59,947 bases of DNA, filler included, from Dugesia japonica (GCA_001938525.1; 5 parts of 5 records of this genome joined end to end with filler, not necessarily neighbours in it); one strand, 5' to 3'; numbered from the whole stretch's first letter, positions 1-14,599 are shown. Program-made: numbers and translations. Notes: generated by a model from the sequence alone, not told the origin.

Positions 1-1371
1 TATTTTTAAATAAACGTAACCATTGAGTAATCATCTGAAATTAACTTTTTGTTTAAATTAACCAACATTTTCAAATTTTTAAGTAGTTAAGCAAATTTCC
101 TCCTAAGCAATATCAGACTCTCTCTGTCAATATTATTTTTAAGAGCTCCTTTGGCAAGATTAACATTAGCAATAGTTGCTTCTCGGGTAATTTTTTCCAG
201 ATTTCCATAAAATATCATTTAAAAAGTAAAATAATTTAAGTTATTTAAAGAAATTGAATTTTTTGCCTGAATTTTCGAAAAAAATAATATAAAAAAGTTT
301 TTCCGCATAAAATGCTTGAAAAACGTTTTGCTAACTAAAAACAGGAAAAATTTAAAAATACTTACTCCGATTACATAAAATCTCGATAATGAAATTAATC
401 CAATTGCATAATTTGTGTGCAAAATATTTTTCTCAAATAAAAACACAGGAACAATGTAAAAACAGTTAAGTAATATGACGTAATATGAGGTCGTAAAAAA
501 GTCTCAACTAAAAACACAGGGATTAAATTATGACATCACTAGACCTAGGGGAGGTGTGCTGCTCTACTGGTTACCCTGATTACAATAGAACTTTTCATTC
601 AAATGAAATAAATGTAAATTAGTATTTACTTAGTACCGGTAAACAATTTTTTTNNNNNNNNNNNNNNNAAATACGTTTTTAATATTTTAAGATTGAAAGA
701 TAAATTAGATCTCATGAAGGATTCTATATTTAAAAAGAAGAAAGGGGAGGCAATGAACTTATAAAGTTCCGCGGAAGTAATCACAGGATGATTGCTATTC
801 AATGGAAAAGAACTAAAGCCCGTTACAAGTTTTATTGTTTCCAGAACTAATCTTACGTAAAATAAAATTCTATTAAGGTCGTATTTTCACTTACATGACT
901 GTCGGGTGCCTTCTTTCCTCATTACGGATTTACCAACAATGTTTCGTAAAAAATAAATGACAGGTTGGGTTATCTTTTTGAATCAAGTCCTAGCGTTGTC
1001 CTGTAATTTACCAGATTCAATACTTGCAACGGTTTTCACTTATCCGATTTACCCGTCAACACGCGTGCAGACGTATTCCACGGCAGTTGTGGTCAAGCAA
1101 CATAAACAAACCTCTTTAAGAGTCAAACCATGTGCTAATACCATTTCATAAATTCCATAACACTATTTTTCATTCTTATTTTACAAATGTATTAATTTTA
1201 ATAAAACTTGTAATTATTGATTTAAAGATGAAAATGAAAACAAAAATACATGTTGAACAAATAATGATTAGAATTAAAATTTTTAAAAATTTTCGATATT
1301 ATATTATTTAAAAAAACTATTAACAAACTGAAAATTTTGATATATTATCATTATTAGTATTATTATTATTA

Positions 1372-1403
<32 letters not shown>

Positions 1404-2223
1404 NNNNNNNNNNNNNNNNNNNNNNNNNNNNNNNNNNNNNNNNNNNNNNNNNNNNNNNNNNNNNNNNNNNNNNNNNNNNNNNNNNNNNNNNNNTATTATT
1501 ATTATTATTATTATTATTAATATTATTATTATTATTAATATTATTGTTATTATTATTATTATTATTAATTAATATTGCTTTTTTGAAAATAAATTAGAAA
1601 AAAATTTTGATTAAAACAAAGAAAGCTTAAGTTAATCATGCGATAACTTTTTTAACATATTTTACAATAATAAACTTAATATAATGAATATTCTCTATTA
1701 AATTATTCTTTTTTAAATAAAAGATTATTGAATTAAATTCCATAAATTACCAAATTAAATAATTAATCATTGCTTTTCTAATAATTTTGATACAATGAAT
1801 AATAATTAAAATATACTTGATGATTTTCAATTGAAAAAGCAAACAGTCCATGTTCATTGATTTTTTTGTTGGTTTAATAATGTATCATAAAAAAACTCAT
1901 CACAATAAAATCAATAAAATATCCATCCCACGCTAAGCACCAAAACAATTATTAACTATTATTAGTGGAATCTTGGGTATACTGTTGTAATTAACGTGAT
2001 AAATAAAAAAAATAATAATAATTTTGCGTTTCTAGGATTTTTATGTTTTGATTATTATTCTCCTCTTGACTTTCCTGGAAATTATTTAATAAATTTTATC
2101 AATCTAGAGACATACCTAGAAATCTCAAGCAATTATGGTAGCCTTGTATCATGTCCCTCGTTTTTCGGGTTCAGCGCGATTTTGCGGTATCGCGTTTAAC
2201 TAGTTTTACTTTACGACATAAAT

Positions 2224-2625
2224 TATGAATATTAAAATTTTTTTAACTAATTAAGAAAAATTTCATCAACGAAAAAAATTATTATTAAAATTGTGAAAAC
2301 GTATTATATTCTTTTTTCCAAATGCAAAATTGAAACCATATTGAAAAAAGATAAGTAACTAAATAAAAGAGCAGAAGAATTCATAGGAGAAACATCATGT
2401 TGTATGATAATTGAGCTCCCGTCTAACTACATGTCTTATCTCTCGAGCTATTCTGTACCTCAAATCATCATTTCTCAATCTCTCGTTCCATCCGCAAAAC
2501 ATTGCTTCGTACTTTGATCTCATTTTTAAAAGTCTCTATTTTTAAAGTTTCAAAAAACCAATTTTAATATTATAAAAAAAATAAAGAAATCTCAGATATT
2601 TAAAATCCATGAATCGATACTCATA
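2224..2625 (-). repeat. Putative 3' LTR (~400 bp) of the Gypsy element
   Basis: On the minus strand a purine tract (AAAGAGATGGA) right after the integrase end is followed by TATGAGTAT; the distal end ATATTCATA is its near-perfect inverted complement. Confidence 0.55.
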
Positions 2626-5176
2626 TCCATCTCTTTACAATTTTTTTTAATTTTTTCCGCATTTCTTTCAATCATCTTGCCTTTTGATCTCTTCCGCAGG
2701 TATCGTCTGTCATGAATCTGTTTTATCAACTCTTAAGGATCTGTGTATCTTTCATTGGATTTTGATTTGTTTTCTGCCTTGATTAGAACCTCGTCTCCAA
2801 CTTGAAAATGTCTCTTTGTTTGTGTCAACTCTTCAGATTCTTCCTTCTTTTCTTCATTATTGAACCATCGTTCTCTATGTATCTTCTTATCGAAAATCAC
2901 TACTGCTGGAATTATGCCCAAAGTCTTCTGGCTTGCTGCATTTAAAGTATATTCGATTTCTGGTATTAACTCTGCCCGATTTTTATTCTTTTTATCTTTT
3001 AATGATGCATTGATGTAATCTCTAATCGTTCTGAATTGACGTTCTACTATTACGTTTGTATTATGAAGATATGGACTTGATAAAAATCGTTATATTCATT
3101 GAATCTGTCATCTTTTTGAAGGCTTTCGATTCGAACATCTTTTCACAATCTACATGTATCTCTTTTGGAGCATCCATTTATCCATAATCGTTTTCTTTAT
3201 TGATTCCTCATCTTGTTTAACTATGGCTGTTAAGCCTATACATTTGCTAAATTTATCTATCTTTTTCTTCCTATGGTTTCTTGGAATGGCCCACCAATAT
3301 CAATATAAATACTCTCAAATGGTTCATTAGCCTTTAATTTTGTAGTTTCCTCCTTTGTTCTAATTGTTGTAACTTTGTTCATTTGGCACGCTTTACATTC
3401 TTTAATTACTTTTGACATAGTTTCTCTTAAATCTTCCATATTATATTCGTTTTACAAATAATTTATGACTTTTTCCGTCCCTCCGTGCACCAATAAATTA
3501 TGCATTTTTTTTACCATTTGAATTTTCTTTTCTGAATGGATCAATATTTTGCCGTCTTTTGTTTTTATTGTTTCTTCTATTAATCGAAACTTTTTATATG
3601 TTCCATTTTTTATATCATTCTTTATCTGTTCAATTTTTTCTACGTTATTTTACCATTTATATGTATCTGAACCTGAAATACCATTAATTTTTCTTGTCTT
3701 TATTTTTTTTCTTTTGGATTCTAATGATCTGTTAAGCATTGTACACACTACTATAATTCATTCTCGACAGTATATTTGCATTCGTGTGTTTCGCACCTTG
3801 TCTAAATTCCAATAACATATCTAGGCTACTAAGAAAATTTATCCAAGTCTGAAATAGCGGAGTAATTGGCTTGTTTGTCTTTTTCATAAATCCTGTCGCC
3901 CTGTGATCTGTTCTCACCAAAAATCTTTTTCCATACAGATAATGTTTAAAATGGTTACAAAAATAGTAAATGGCCAATAATTCCTTTCTTCTTATACAAT
4001 ATCCCTTTTCATGAGCTGATATTACATGTGACCCATATGCAATGACTTGTTCTACACCTCTTCCATCTATTTGCGATAAAACTGATCCGATGGCATCAAA
4101 GTTCGCATCTGTATCTAGTACAAACATCTTTTTGATATCGGGAAAACTCAATATCGGTGCTTTTGTTAATGCCTCTTTCATCTCATTAAAAGCTTTATCA
4201 TAACTTTTCCACCACACAAGTTTTGTATTATTACTTCCGTATAGCTCTTCCAAGTTTCTAGCTTACTTTAAGTAATTATTGATAAACCGTCTATAGTAAT
4301 TACATATTCTCAAAAAGATTCTTAAGTCTTCACACATTTAGGTCTTCCGAAATTTTTATCCCTTCAATTTTTGTTAGATCGATTTGAACTCCATTCTTGT
4401 CTATGACATTTACTAAAAATTTGACTTCTGCTCACAATAAATGACATTTTTCCGGATTAATTCATATTCTTGATTCTTAAATTCTTTTAAAAACTTGGTC
4501 TAAAATTCTATAGTGCTGCTCTAAATTTTCTGAAAATATTAATATATCATCCATGTATACCATTGTTCCTCTCAATTTTCGTAATACTTTTGTCATTAAT
4601 TCTTGAAACGTTCCAGGTACTGTAGCTATATCAAAAGGCAATTTTGTGAAATAATACTGTTCATTCTTTGTAAAGAATGCTGTTTTCTCTTTATGTACCG
4701 GAACTTGATAATATGCATTACCCAAATCAATAGTACTAAAATATCTTGCACTACTCAAAGTGTCTAGTATTTCATCTACATATGGCATCAGAAATGCCTG
4801 TCTTTCTGTGATTGCATTCAGTTTTCTAAAATCTAATGCCTTTCCTTTCTTTTTTCCAAACACATATTAACGGAGTGTTCCATTGCGAATTACATTTCCT
4901 AATAATACCATTGACAAANAANTTCTTGATAGCTTCATCGATCTTATTTTCTAAATGCATTGGTTGTCTCCATGGTTTTGTATTTATTGTTTCTCCATTT
5001 GTGATTATTTGATGTACTGCCATTGTTGTTCTGCCAATATCCCAGTTGACTGCCATGAATATTCCTTTATGAATCATTATAACTTTCTCTAAATTCTCAT
5101 TTGGCTTGTTAATCAATGTTTTTATTGCTCTCTGTACTCTCTCTTCTATATTACAAATTTTATGCAGTAAAAACAT
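2224..5176 (-). mobile_element. Decayed Ty3/Gypsy LTR retrotransposon: pol (RT-RNaseH-INT) plus 3' LTR; gag missing
   Basis: Fragmented ORFs: RT (LDFRKLNAIT, YFSTIDLGNAYYQV, VYMDDILIFS), RNase H (FVLDTDANFDAIGSVLSQ, RTDH), integrase (CKACQ, EPFESIYIDIGGP) and C-terminal FQVGDEVLIK; many stops/frameshifts. Confidence 0.95.
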
Positions 5177-5199
5177 AATTCGATCGTCTTCTGAGAACT

Positions 5200-6930
5200 G
5201 GAATAATTCGCCCTAGCAACAGCGAGAGGGCCTCACTTCTTGTTGTCGTTAAAATCAAGATGGATCATAGAGATGGTGTGGAGACTACAGACAATTAAAT
5301 GAGCTAACCATACCAGACAAATACCGTTTACCTAGAATCCAATATCTATTGGATAAACTTGGGGGCTCTACCATCTTCTGCAAATTAGAACTTAAAAAAG
5401 CATTTTAATCAAATTCCGATAGCAGAAATGGCATGCACAAAACTTCGGTTATCACACCATTTGGTTTATTTGAATACTGTAGAATGCCGTTTTGGTTGAA
5501 GAATTTCTCAACTATTTTTCAAAGATTCATGAATACAATTCTGAGAGAGCATCAAGACTTTGCGATATCATACGTCGATGATATTCTAATATTTTCAAAA
5601 AACGAAGCAGATCATGAAGATTATGTACAAAAAGTAACCAACACCATTTATTCTATTGGGTTAGAGATCAATGCGGATAAGTTTATTTTTCGATTGCATT
5701 AAGTAGAATATTTAAGGTTTACAGATATGAGAGAATAAAATCCTTCCTAAAACTGAAACAATCGATAGCTTGAGAGAAATGAGCTTTCCAGCCAACTTAA
5801 AGACCTTGCAAAGATTTGTAGGCTGCGTTGCTTTTTTTTATTAGCTCATTCCAAATTTATCTGAAAAGATTGCACCACTTTACATGCTAATTATCGAAAA
5901 GAAGTATACTTGAATAGGCCAGTGATCAAGTAAATGCGTTCAATACTATAAGAGATGCACTTATGAATTTACAGCAATTGAATTATTCAGACAAGTCAGA
6001 ACAATTTGTGTTAAGAACTGATGCATCACTAGAAACCGTTAGTGGTTGCATTGGAACAAGTGAAATCAGAGAGAAAACATACTCCAATTACATTTTCTTG
6101 AAGAAAATTGCCTTCTGCAGAGAGAAATTACTCAACCTTCAACAGATATCTCCTAGCAGTAGTACTTGCAGTTAAAAATTTCAAGCACTACTTGGATTCT
6201 ATATTATTCGCAATACATACTGACCACCAGCCTTTATTAATGATTGCAATTATCAAAAATCCAAATCCTACACAATGGATATGGCTTGAATTCCTCGCTC
6301 AATTTTCCTTCAAATTAGAATATTTAAAGATATCGGAAAACACAGTAGCGGATTTTCTTTCAAGAATAAACGCGCTAGCAAGGAAGTTGAACACATAACA
6401 GTGGATGATATAATCAAACAGCAAACAATCGAGAACCTTCAAGCATCACTAAAAACATCTTCCTTGAAATTAAGTTTCGCTGAAGAAGGAATATTTATGG
6501 ACATATCGCAACCCAAACCGCGAATAATTCTACCACTCCGATCAATTCTAATTCTAATTCAATTTTAATTCTAATCACTCCGATTCAGAGAATTTAAAAG
6601 AATTCACAATAGCTGTCACGGTGAAGTAAAACCAACAACAACATTGATAGCTGAGAGGTATTTTTGGCCGAGAATGAGATCAGATATTCGTGAATGGTGA
6701 AGAAGTGAGAATTTCTAACGTTCAAAAATTTTCACGCATACTAAATCTCCACTAGCAACATTTTCTGACGCTGGTAGATTCAAATACTTACATGTTGACT
6801 TAGTAGGACCACTGCCAGAAATAAACAGCAAGCGATATCTATTGACGATGATTGACAGAAAACTGTCATGGATTGAAGCAGTGCCATGTTTAGAAATAAC
6901 ATCCGATTACGTGATTAACATATTATTAAT
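5200..6930 (+). mobile_element. Second, different Ty3/Gypsy pol remnant (CsRN1-like lineage), RT-RNaseH-partial integrase
   Basis: Manual translation: CGDYRQLNELTIPDKYRLPRI, TPFGLFEYCRMPF, YVDDILIFS, LRTDAS, AERNYSTF, TDHQPL, HVDLVGPLPEINSKRYLLTMIDR; frameshifted. Confidence 0.9.
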
Positions 6931-9329
6931 TAATTCATTTAATTTATTTTCTCTTGTTTCCATTATTAATGCAATATGACTTTCCTATTTTTGCCTCATT
7001 GAACTAATTGCTTAGTTGTTATTTATTATTTTCTCTGTCCTGCTAATAGCTTTTATTACTCCTTTGCTTCTTTAGCTTTCTTATTTCTGAGCTTTTTTTG
7101 CTGCAATTCTAGATTTTGATGGTTATTCCGTAAGTTTTAGCTAATCTGGTTTTCTCTAATTATTTTTCCTTAACTGAACTGTGTTCTTCCTTTGTCTGGA
7201 TTCTTTGTTTTCTTTTCTTGTGACAATCTTTCCAACTTCAGGTTTACCTATCGCTATTTCTATTTTCTATACCTGGTGTTTCTCCCAAACAAATGCATGG
7301 GTTCATTGCTTTGTTCTACTTGCATTCTGTTTGAATTCATACTGCATGTGCCTTCCTCCTTGTATTATTTTAATATTAGTTATAAGTATTCTTTTATTAT
7401 ACTTAGTGTAAAGTATATTTTAAGGAAATTGATATAAGAATAATACGTGGAGTCTGTTGATTTTCATTCAAATTTAGACTTACCAACTTTTACCAACNTT
7501 ATTTAACAGTATACTAGTATATTAAATTAATATTTTTTATAAAAATTTATTTAAACCACACAATAAGTTTGATAAGTATTGTAATACTTTCGCTAAAATA
7601 TTCATTAATGCCAATAAAATATATACATACTGCATGCAATTGTACATAACTGTTATGAAGTTTATTAAAAATGCAAACACTTCATTCCAAATATTCACTA
7701 ATTTAATAACCATACAGTAATTTCTTTAAGTGTAGCAACTCATGCAATAATTGAATCATACGCATGCAATAAAAATGCAAAACAAATTTAAGTAAAACAA
7801 ATTAATGAACTAATACACTCAATAAACCCAATATTCTCATTACAGTCTAATAAGCATTACACACTGAATAGACTCAATAATATTCAAGGCACTATATCTA
7901 ATAAGCTAAATTAATTCAATCTACCCAATTTATATTGTGAGGATTTACTTTTAAGAACATTTTTAATTTTAATAATTTGCTTTTTTTATTGTGGTTGTTT
8001 AAATATTGCAAAGTATTGATAGTGTAGTTTTGACCGAAGAAATTAATAGAATTTGTTAAAAGTGTATTATTTTATTAATCAAATTTATTTGTAAATATTT
8101 CAATTGGAATATATTATTTTTATTAAAGTTGTAAAATTTTCACTTTACTTTACGTTATTAAGTGTAAGTCATAAGTAAATAAGAATTTTGTAGTTTAGAA
8201 TTTTGCAGGATTGACTATTCAGAATCAAGATATTTTATAAGAAGAAAGAGAAGATCCCTTATATTTATCATGAATAAAATTTTAGAAACAAATAATAATT
8301 CTGTTTTTGATATTACCCCTAACATGCATAACAACTAATTAAGAGTTGTACAAATTTAATTAACGCAAATATTTAAATAAAAATTTCACTATGAGGCTGT
8401 TAATTAACAATATTTAAAATGTTAATATGATTTATCATATTTATCGTAAGGAAATTGTTAACTTCAATCTGTCTTGGACGCCCTTCTCTACCTTATAAAC
8501 GATTGCCAAATTCTTCAAACCCGCAGCCCCCACCTCATTTTGTTGACATAATTATGGACTTAAATTATAAACTTGATAATTTATTTACGTTCAAATATTA
8601 AATAAAATTTAATTAATTAAATTATCAATTTCCAGAAATTTAACTTGTTTATTATTAATTAAAACATTTAAGAGATTTTCCTAATTTTATTAAACAAACA
8701 AACTTGTGGAAAGTTTTGAAAAATAATTTTATTTAAAAAGAAACAAATAAGAAAACCAAAGTAATTATATAAACAGAAAATAAATTCAGGCTAAAATAAT
8801 TATTATAAAGTTAAAATATTAATATTAGTTTTGAGAATTGGAAATAAAGCCGAAAATAAACAATTAATATTCAATGAATTTCTAAATGTAAAATTAAAAT
8901 GAGATTAATTTAGTAATGTGTAATTATTTATTATCAAATATATTCAAATATTAAATAATAAAAATATGAAATTAATTAAACCAGATAAAGAAATATTATT
9001 TAAGAAATTATTTAAATGAATTGATGATAACAAACTTAAATTATTTGAATAAATGAAATAAAGGTTTCATAAAATTTTAGGAATTAGATTAAATACAAAC
9101 AGAAAGCAATTGAAAATTAAAATCGAAAAAATGAATATACAAAACAAAATAAATTAAAATTATCGGTAAATTAAGAAATTTCAAATAATATTTGATATAC
9201 AGTGAAAATTGATAAACAACTATAGTAAGGGGAAGCTAGCGCATAACACCATACCCCCCTAGTGGTCAGCCACTTTTGGCTGACTGTATGATGTATTATT
9301 TTTTACTGATTTTCATATGAAAATTACGA

Positions 9330-9520
9330 TTTTTGACTTGTAGTGTACTACTTTTGAGCAGTGGTGTACTACTTTTGACTGCTTATTTTGACTGCTATAC
9401 AATTTTGACCGATGGTATACTCTTTTTGACTGCTTATTAATTTTGGCTGATGGTGTACTATTTCTGACTGATGGTGTACTATTTTTGACTGATTAATTTG
9501 AATGCTTTACAATTTTGACT
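9330..9520. repeat. Degenerate ~20-bp tandem repeat
   Basis: Repeated units such as TTTTGACTGATGGTGTACTA / TTTTGACTGCTTA. Confidence 0.75.
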
Positions 9521-9659
9521 GGTAACTGCAGCTTTGCTAACGTATCTATGGATAAAATGGTAACCACAGCTCCACTGTGGTAAGATTGTGCCGCCTACAC
9601 AGCTCCGCTGTGGCATGTTCACACTGACTGGTACAGCAAAGCTGTGCTCAATTTTACTT

Positions 9660-10320
9660 ATGATCATTTCTAACATGCTTACAAAACCTAATGGCATACC
9701 ATTAAAACCCCTGAAACCATTTAAAATTTAATGTAACCAAGTTAATATGGGTATCGTTCAAACCGTTATAAAATGACAAACTTTTCTAACATGCTTACAA
9801 AACACTTATGATAGACCAATGAAAACCCTTGAAACTTTTAAAATCTTTTTAAATTTATTTTTATGCATTAAAATGGATATCGGTAAAATCGTAATGAGTT
9901 GGTGGATAGTTCTATCATGTTTACAAAACCTTATTATGAACTATTGAAGACTCTTTAAAATTTATTTTTATACATCAATATTGGTATCGTTCAGATTGTA
10001 ATGAGTTGATGAACATTTTTAGTATTATAAAACCTTATGAATAACCAATGAAAACCNTTGAAACTATTCAAGACCCTTTAAAATTTAATTTAATCAAGTC
10101 AATATGGACATCATTTGAATTGAAATATAATGAAAAACATTTCTAGTATTACGAAACTTTATTATTGACCAATGGAAATTCTTGAAATCATTCAAGACCC
10201 TTTAAAATTTATTGAAACCGAGTCGATATGAGTATCGTTCAAATCACAATGAGTTGAAGCACTTTTCTAGCATGCTTACAAAACCTTATGATGGACCAAT
10301 GAAAACCCTTGAAACTCTTT
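9660..10320. repeat. Minisatellite of about six ~105-130-bp units
   Basis: Recurring TTTCTA(A/G)CATGCTTACAAAACC...CCAATGAAAACCCTTGAAAC...TTTAAAATTT...TATCGTTCA near 9667, 9783, 9910, 10017, 10140, 10263. Confidence 0.85.
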
Positions 10321-10432
10321 ATTATTTGTTATTTGTTTGTTTGTTGTTGGGTCGTTTCTTTTATCTGATATAGTTTGTTGTCATTTTTGAATTGAAAATT
10401 TGTGTCTTGAAACTTGAATATACTCTTTTAAC

Positions 10433-10714
10433 TTAATAATTCGTCTGGATAGTTGATATTTCATTTTGTTTCTTTCTGTCTTTCGATTTTCTTTTCTTTG
10501 GAAACAACTTTGAAAAATTTTTGTTATTATTTTCAGATTTCTTTTCATAATTACAACCGGCTTTATCATATTCAATAGTCGAATTGTCATTCGTTTCCTC
10601 GAATCTTTGAACATTGGATCTTTTTGCTGTTTGACAAAATCGAAATATATGTATGGATTTGTTACAGTTTCTGTATACTAATGGCTTGTTACAATTTCGG
10701 ACAATATATCTCAA
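10433..10714 (-). pseudogene. Possible retroelement gag fragment with a degenerate CCHC zinc knuckle
   Basis: RNCNKPLVYRNCNKSIHIFRFC resembles Cx2Cx4Hx4C; followed by a charged tail. Confidence 0.4.
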
Positions 10715-10720
10715 TATCCA

Positions 10721-11140
10721 TTGCCTAGTAAGGATTGTTTCATGGTCTTATGTGATGTAACAAGTTTATTTACTAATGTTCTATTAAAAGAGACTGAAGA
10801 TTTTTGTAGTGAAATATGGGGTGAGTTTAATCATAATAAATCCTATTTAGATGATATAGCGTTTTGTTTTAATGATGAATGGTATAGACATGTTGATAAT
10901 ATGGTGATGGGATCCACATTAGTTCCAACATTAGCTTCTATTTTCTTCTCTAAATTAGAAAGAAAAATTAAAGATTATTCTTCTGGTAAGCCTTTAGTTT
11001 ATAAACGTTATGTTGATGACATTTTTCTTGTTTTTGAAAATCGCTCTCACGTGAATTCGTTTTTGGAGTATATGAATAAGTTGCATCCAAATATATGCTT
11101 TACGGTTGAAGACGAGATCAATTCAACTATTCACTTTGTC
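10721..11140 (+). mobile_element. Penelope-like element RT fragment
   Basis: DVTSLFTNV, FNDEWYRHVDNMVMGS, YKRYVDDIFLVF, LHPNICFTVEDE are PLE RT motifs. Confidence 0.9.
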
Positions 11141-11530
11141 AATTACACTTTCATTATTAAATTTAATAATTGAATTATTATTTTAAAATTCATCTTAATT
11201 AATTAAATTACTTATAAAACCATTTATTTTACAATCACTTTCATTTAAAATTACATCATTTAAACGATTACTAATAAGCTGTAACATTATTATCAAATAA
11301 GTTCATGTTATTTTTAATTTTACTTTCATCATTTAGTTTCAGCTTTGACATTTTTGTCTTTAATTTGAATTCACGTTTTGTTCAATAACATTGTCTAATT
11401 TTATTTTTAATTCATTTAACAATCATCTTGTACTCGTAACCATCATAATTAGTAATAAAACTTTTGAGAAACGTATCTTTACATTTCCCCCATGTATTAA
11501 ATTGTGCTTCTTTCAATTTATAATAAGCAT

Positions 11531-11630
11531 NNNNNNNNNNNNNNNNNNNNNNNNNNNNNNNNNNNNNNNNNNNNTTAATTAATTAANNNNNNNNNNNNNN
11601 NNNNNNNNNNNNNNNNNNNNNNNNNNNNNN
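11531..11630. other. Artificial contig-joining spacer
   Basis: 44 N + TTAATTAATTAA + 44 N; stop codons in all six frames; same spacer occurs four times. Confidence 0.95.
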
Positions 11631-12601
11631 TGATTTAAACTGAAATATTTCCTTCGTTAACACTATATTACAGTATTTACTAATAAGAAAATAGTTATTT
11701 TAATGGAATTATTATCTCAGTTAGGTTTGATGTCATTTTGTAAACCATTTACAGTACACTTATTTTATTAGCTAATATAAATATAAACATAAATATAAAT
11801 TGTTTTACAATTGCAATTATTGCGAGACTAATTGTTGGACATAACCATTGATCGTTTTACAGAATTCATTTAAAATAAAACCTTCGATCAAAATTTTTGT
11901 TTTTTTATAGATATTTGATAACAATGAATTGTTAACAAATATATATAAAAAAACAAAAATTTTNNNNNNNNNNNNNNNNNNNNNNNNNNNNNNNNNNNNN
12001 NNNNNNNNNNNNNNNNNNNNNNNNNNNNNNNNNNNNNNNNNNNNNNNNNNNNNNNNNNNNNNNNNNNNNNNNNAAATTTATTCATTTTCTGATATTTTAA
12101 AAAATCTTCGAAAATAATAATCCAAATAAATATTTTGTCAAATTAAACTCAAGATGAATTTACATAATTGTATAAATAATTTATTGAGTTTTACATTAAA
12201 ATAAAATAATTATAGAAGTCTAGTTAGACAGTTTCATTAATTTTGCATAGATTTTCAACAAATTCTGATTAATATAGAGACAAATCTTTTTTAACATAAA
12301 CCAAAATAAAGATTTTATTTAAATAATTTTATATTTCATAAATTTTTATATTTTAATTACTTTCAAAACAATTTTCTATTAATAAATTGAAATTAAAACG
12401 TTGTTGACAATAATAATATTAATAATGATAATNNNNNNNNNNNNNNNNNNNNNNNNNNNNNNNNNNNNNNNNNNNNNNNNNNNNNNNNNNNNNNNNNNNN
12501 NNNNNNNNNNNNNNNNNNNNNNNNNNNNNNNNNNNNNNNNNNNNNNNNNNNNNNNNNNNNNNNNNNNNNNNNNNNNNNNNNNNNNNNNNNNNNNAATAAT
12601 A

Positions 12602-13326
12602 CAGTGAAACCGGATTAAACAGAACGGGACCATAAAATTTTGTTCCGTTTAAGCGGATAAAGTTCTGTTTCTTATTATATAATACATTTTTATCTACTAC
12701 ATTTCCTATTATGTTATACATATAAAAAACAACCCGATCTCATCATATTTAAGTCTTCTTAACCATTTTTTATCCGAGGTCAATGCTTATTCATCCAACA
12801 ACTAATTGATTAACTGTGTTTGCTTCCCCAGATACAACGTCAAATGATATAAAATGCTACTTTCTAAAACNCTTGATCCAACTCGTATTACATTGACAAT
12901 TATTAATGTTCAATCTTTCAGTGATCTGATTGGCTTTCTCAATCAGTAATGACGAGCTGAATAGAACATTGTTACGTCTTTGTTGCTTAAGCCATTAATT
13001 CAGAGTCGATAATTTAAAATGGGATATTTTTCACTTTTTTAGTATTCACGGTCTGTTTCACACCAACATCTAATTAACAAAGAATTTCGTATTTAATTTT
13101 AGTGTTTTTGCCTTCTTTTTGTTCACGTGCATAATAATAAAAATATTCAAACAAATGTAATATTAGAACAAATAAAAATCNNNNNNNNNNNNNNNNNNNA
13201 CCGAAATTGCTTAAGGAGAATAAATTTATTTATAAAACATGGTCAAAGTCAAACACGGGACTGATTTTTTTTCTGTTTAACTGAAAAAGTCTGTTTAAAC
13301 GGGTTCTGTTTAAACAAGTTACACTG
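12602..13326 (-). mobile_element. Internally deleted Tigger/pogo DNA transposon
   Basis: TA on both sides; TIRs CAGTGAAACCGGATTAAACAGAAC vs rc CAGTGTAACTTGTTTAAACAGAAC (20/24); CENP-B-like remnant WLKQQRRNNV...LLIEKA...SWIKxFRK...VSGEA. Confidence 0.85.
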
Positions 13327-14599
13327 TAATGACAATTTTACGATTTTAATATTTTTTAACATTTAATCTCATATAAAAATAAATATTTTTATTTCAATTT
13401 TGTGTTCTAGTATCTCTTCTTTATCCAGCTATTAATATAAATTTTTATCCTAAATTCAGATATGGGAATTCTTCAATTTTTTCTTGCTCATATCTGTTTT
13501 ATGTTGTAACAAATATTTTCAAATATTAATTTCTTAATAAAATTAATTTTTTTAAACATTCAATTTCACATGTTATAAATATAAAAAAATTGTTAAAATA
13601 GCTCTCCTCCAAGGAGAGAAATGACAAAACAATAAAAATATCATATCACTCCTTAGTGCTTTATTTGGACCCCAAATAATAAGTTCACCGTTTTTGTCAT
13701 TTTTACTACTACTACTACTACTACTAATAAAAATAATAATAAAAAAATATAATAATAATAATAATACAATTTTAAATACAATTTAATTTAACTTTGTTTA
13801 AAATTTTTTTATTGCTTATTTAGTAGTATTTAAAGCGTTGATGTAATGTTCATGGTTGAATAAATTTTTCATTTTTCTGAAAATTTCATAAATGTTTTTA
13901 TTTTTATTTCCATCCTTTAGTCACGCAATTAAATAAATATTCAAATTCAATAAAATATTTTTCTCTTTGTATTATTTACAGTATCNNNNNCCCTTTAATA
14001 AAATCTTTTCATCTGCAAGCAATGTTAAAGTTATAATTTACATTAAAATTAACTATATACTGCTAAAAAAAATTCTAACAACTAATACAAACATCAATGA
14101 AATTATTCTAGGAAATTTTAATGAAAAATAATCCAAAGACTCTCAGATTTATTTGCAGACCTAATAAAGATTTAATCAAGTATTTAATTAGAAAAAAATA
14201 TTAACATTTTTGTGAAATGAGAAATAAAAATAAATTAGCGAANAAAACCTCATTTTAAACTTATTAATTTTTTAAAATTAATTAATTATTTCACAACGTG
14301 AGTGACATAATTGTCTTGTTTATCAATTACGCATTAATCTCGTTCTAAAATTTTTATGTGATACATCAAAATAATCAACTTTTCTTATTTTTCATTCTTT
14401 CAGACAAATATTAATTTTATTAAATTAATTAATCAACTATTAGACTTAATTTTATTCAGCGAGTGTCGGTTAATACTTAAATTAATTTGTTTCTATTGAA
14501 AAAATAATTACCATAAAAGTTAATATTTTATTAACTTTTCTTTAAATAAAGTTTCGATAAAAAATTGTAACACCGGTTCAAACTAATCAAATTGTTTAA

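Noticed and set aside
700-1150. GC-richer block with a 64-aa ORF
   Set aside because: No recognisable motif or termini in any frame examined
1372-1572. Poly-I/L/Y/N ORFs here and at 23253, 41393, 54153 etc.
   Set aside because: Translations of (ATT)n microsatellites and N gaps
6950-7360. Purine-rich minus-strand stretch resembling a decayed coiled-coil ORF
   Set aside because: Multiple stops and no recognisable motif
9660-10320. CRISPR-like array
   Set aside because: Whole units are homologous with no unique spacers, no cas genes, and the DNA is eukaryotic
13600-14030. Plus-strand peptides TIKISYHSL...P and NKIFSSASNV resembling later RYK kinase subdomains
   Set aside because: Wrong strand relative to the RYK exons, very short, contain stops; could be chance
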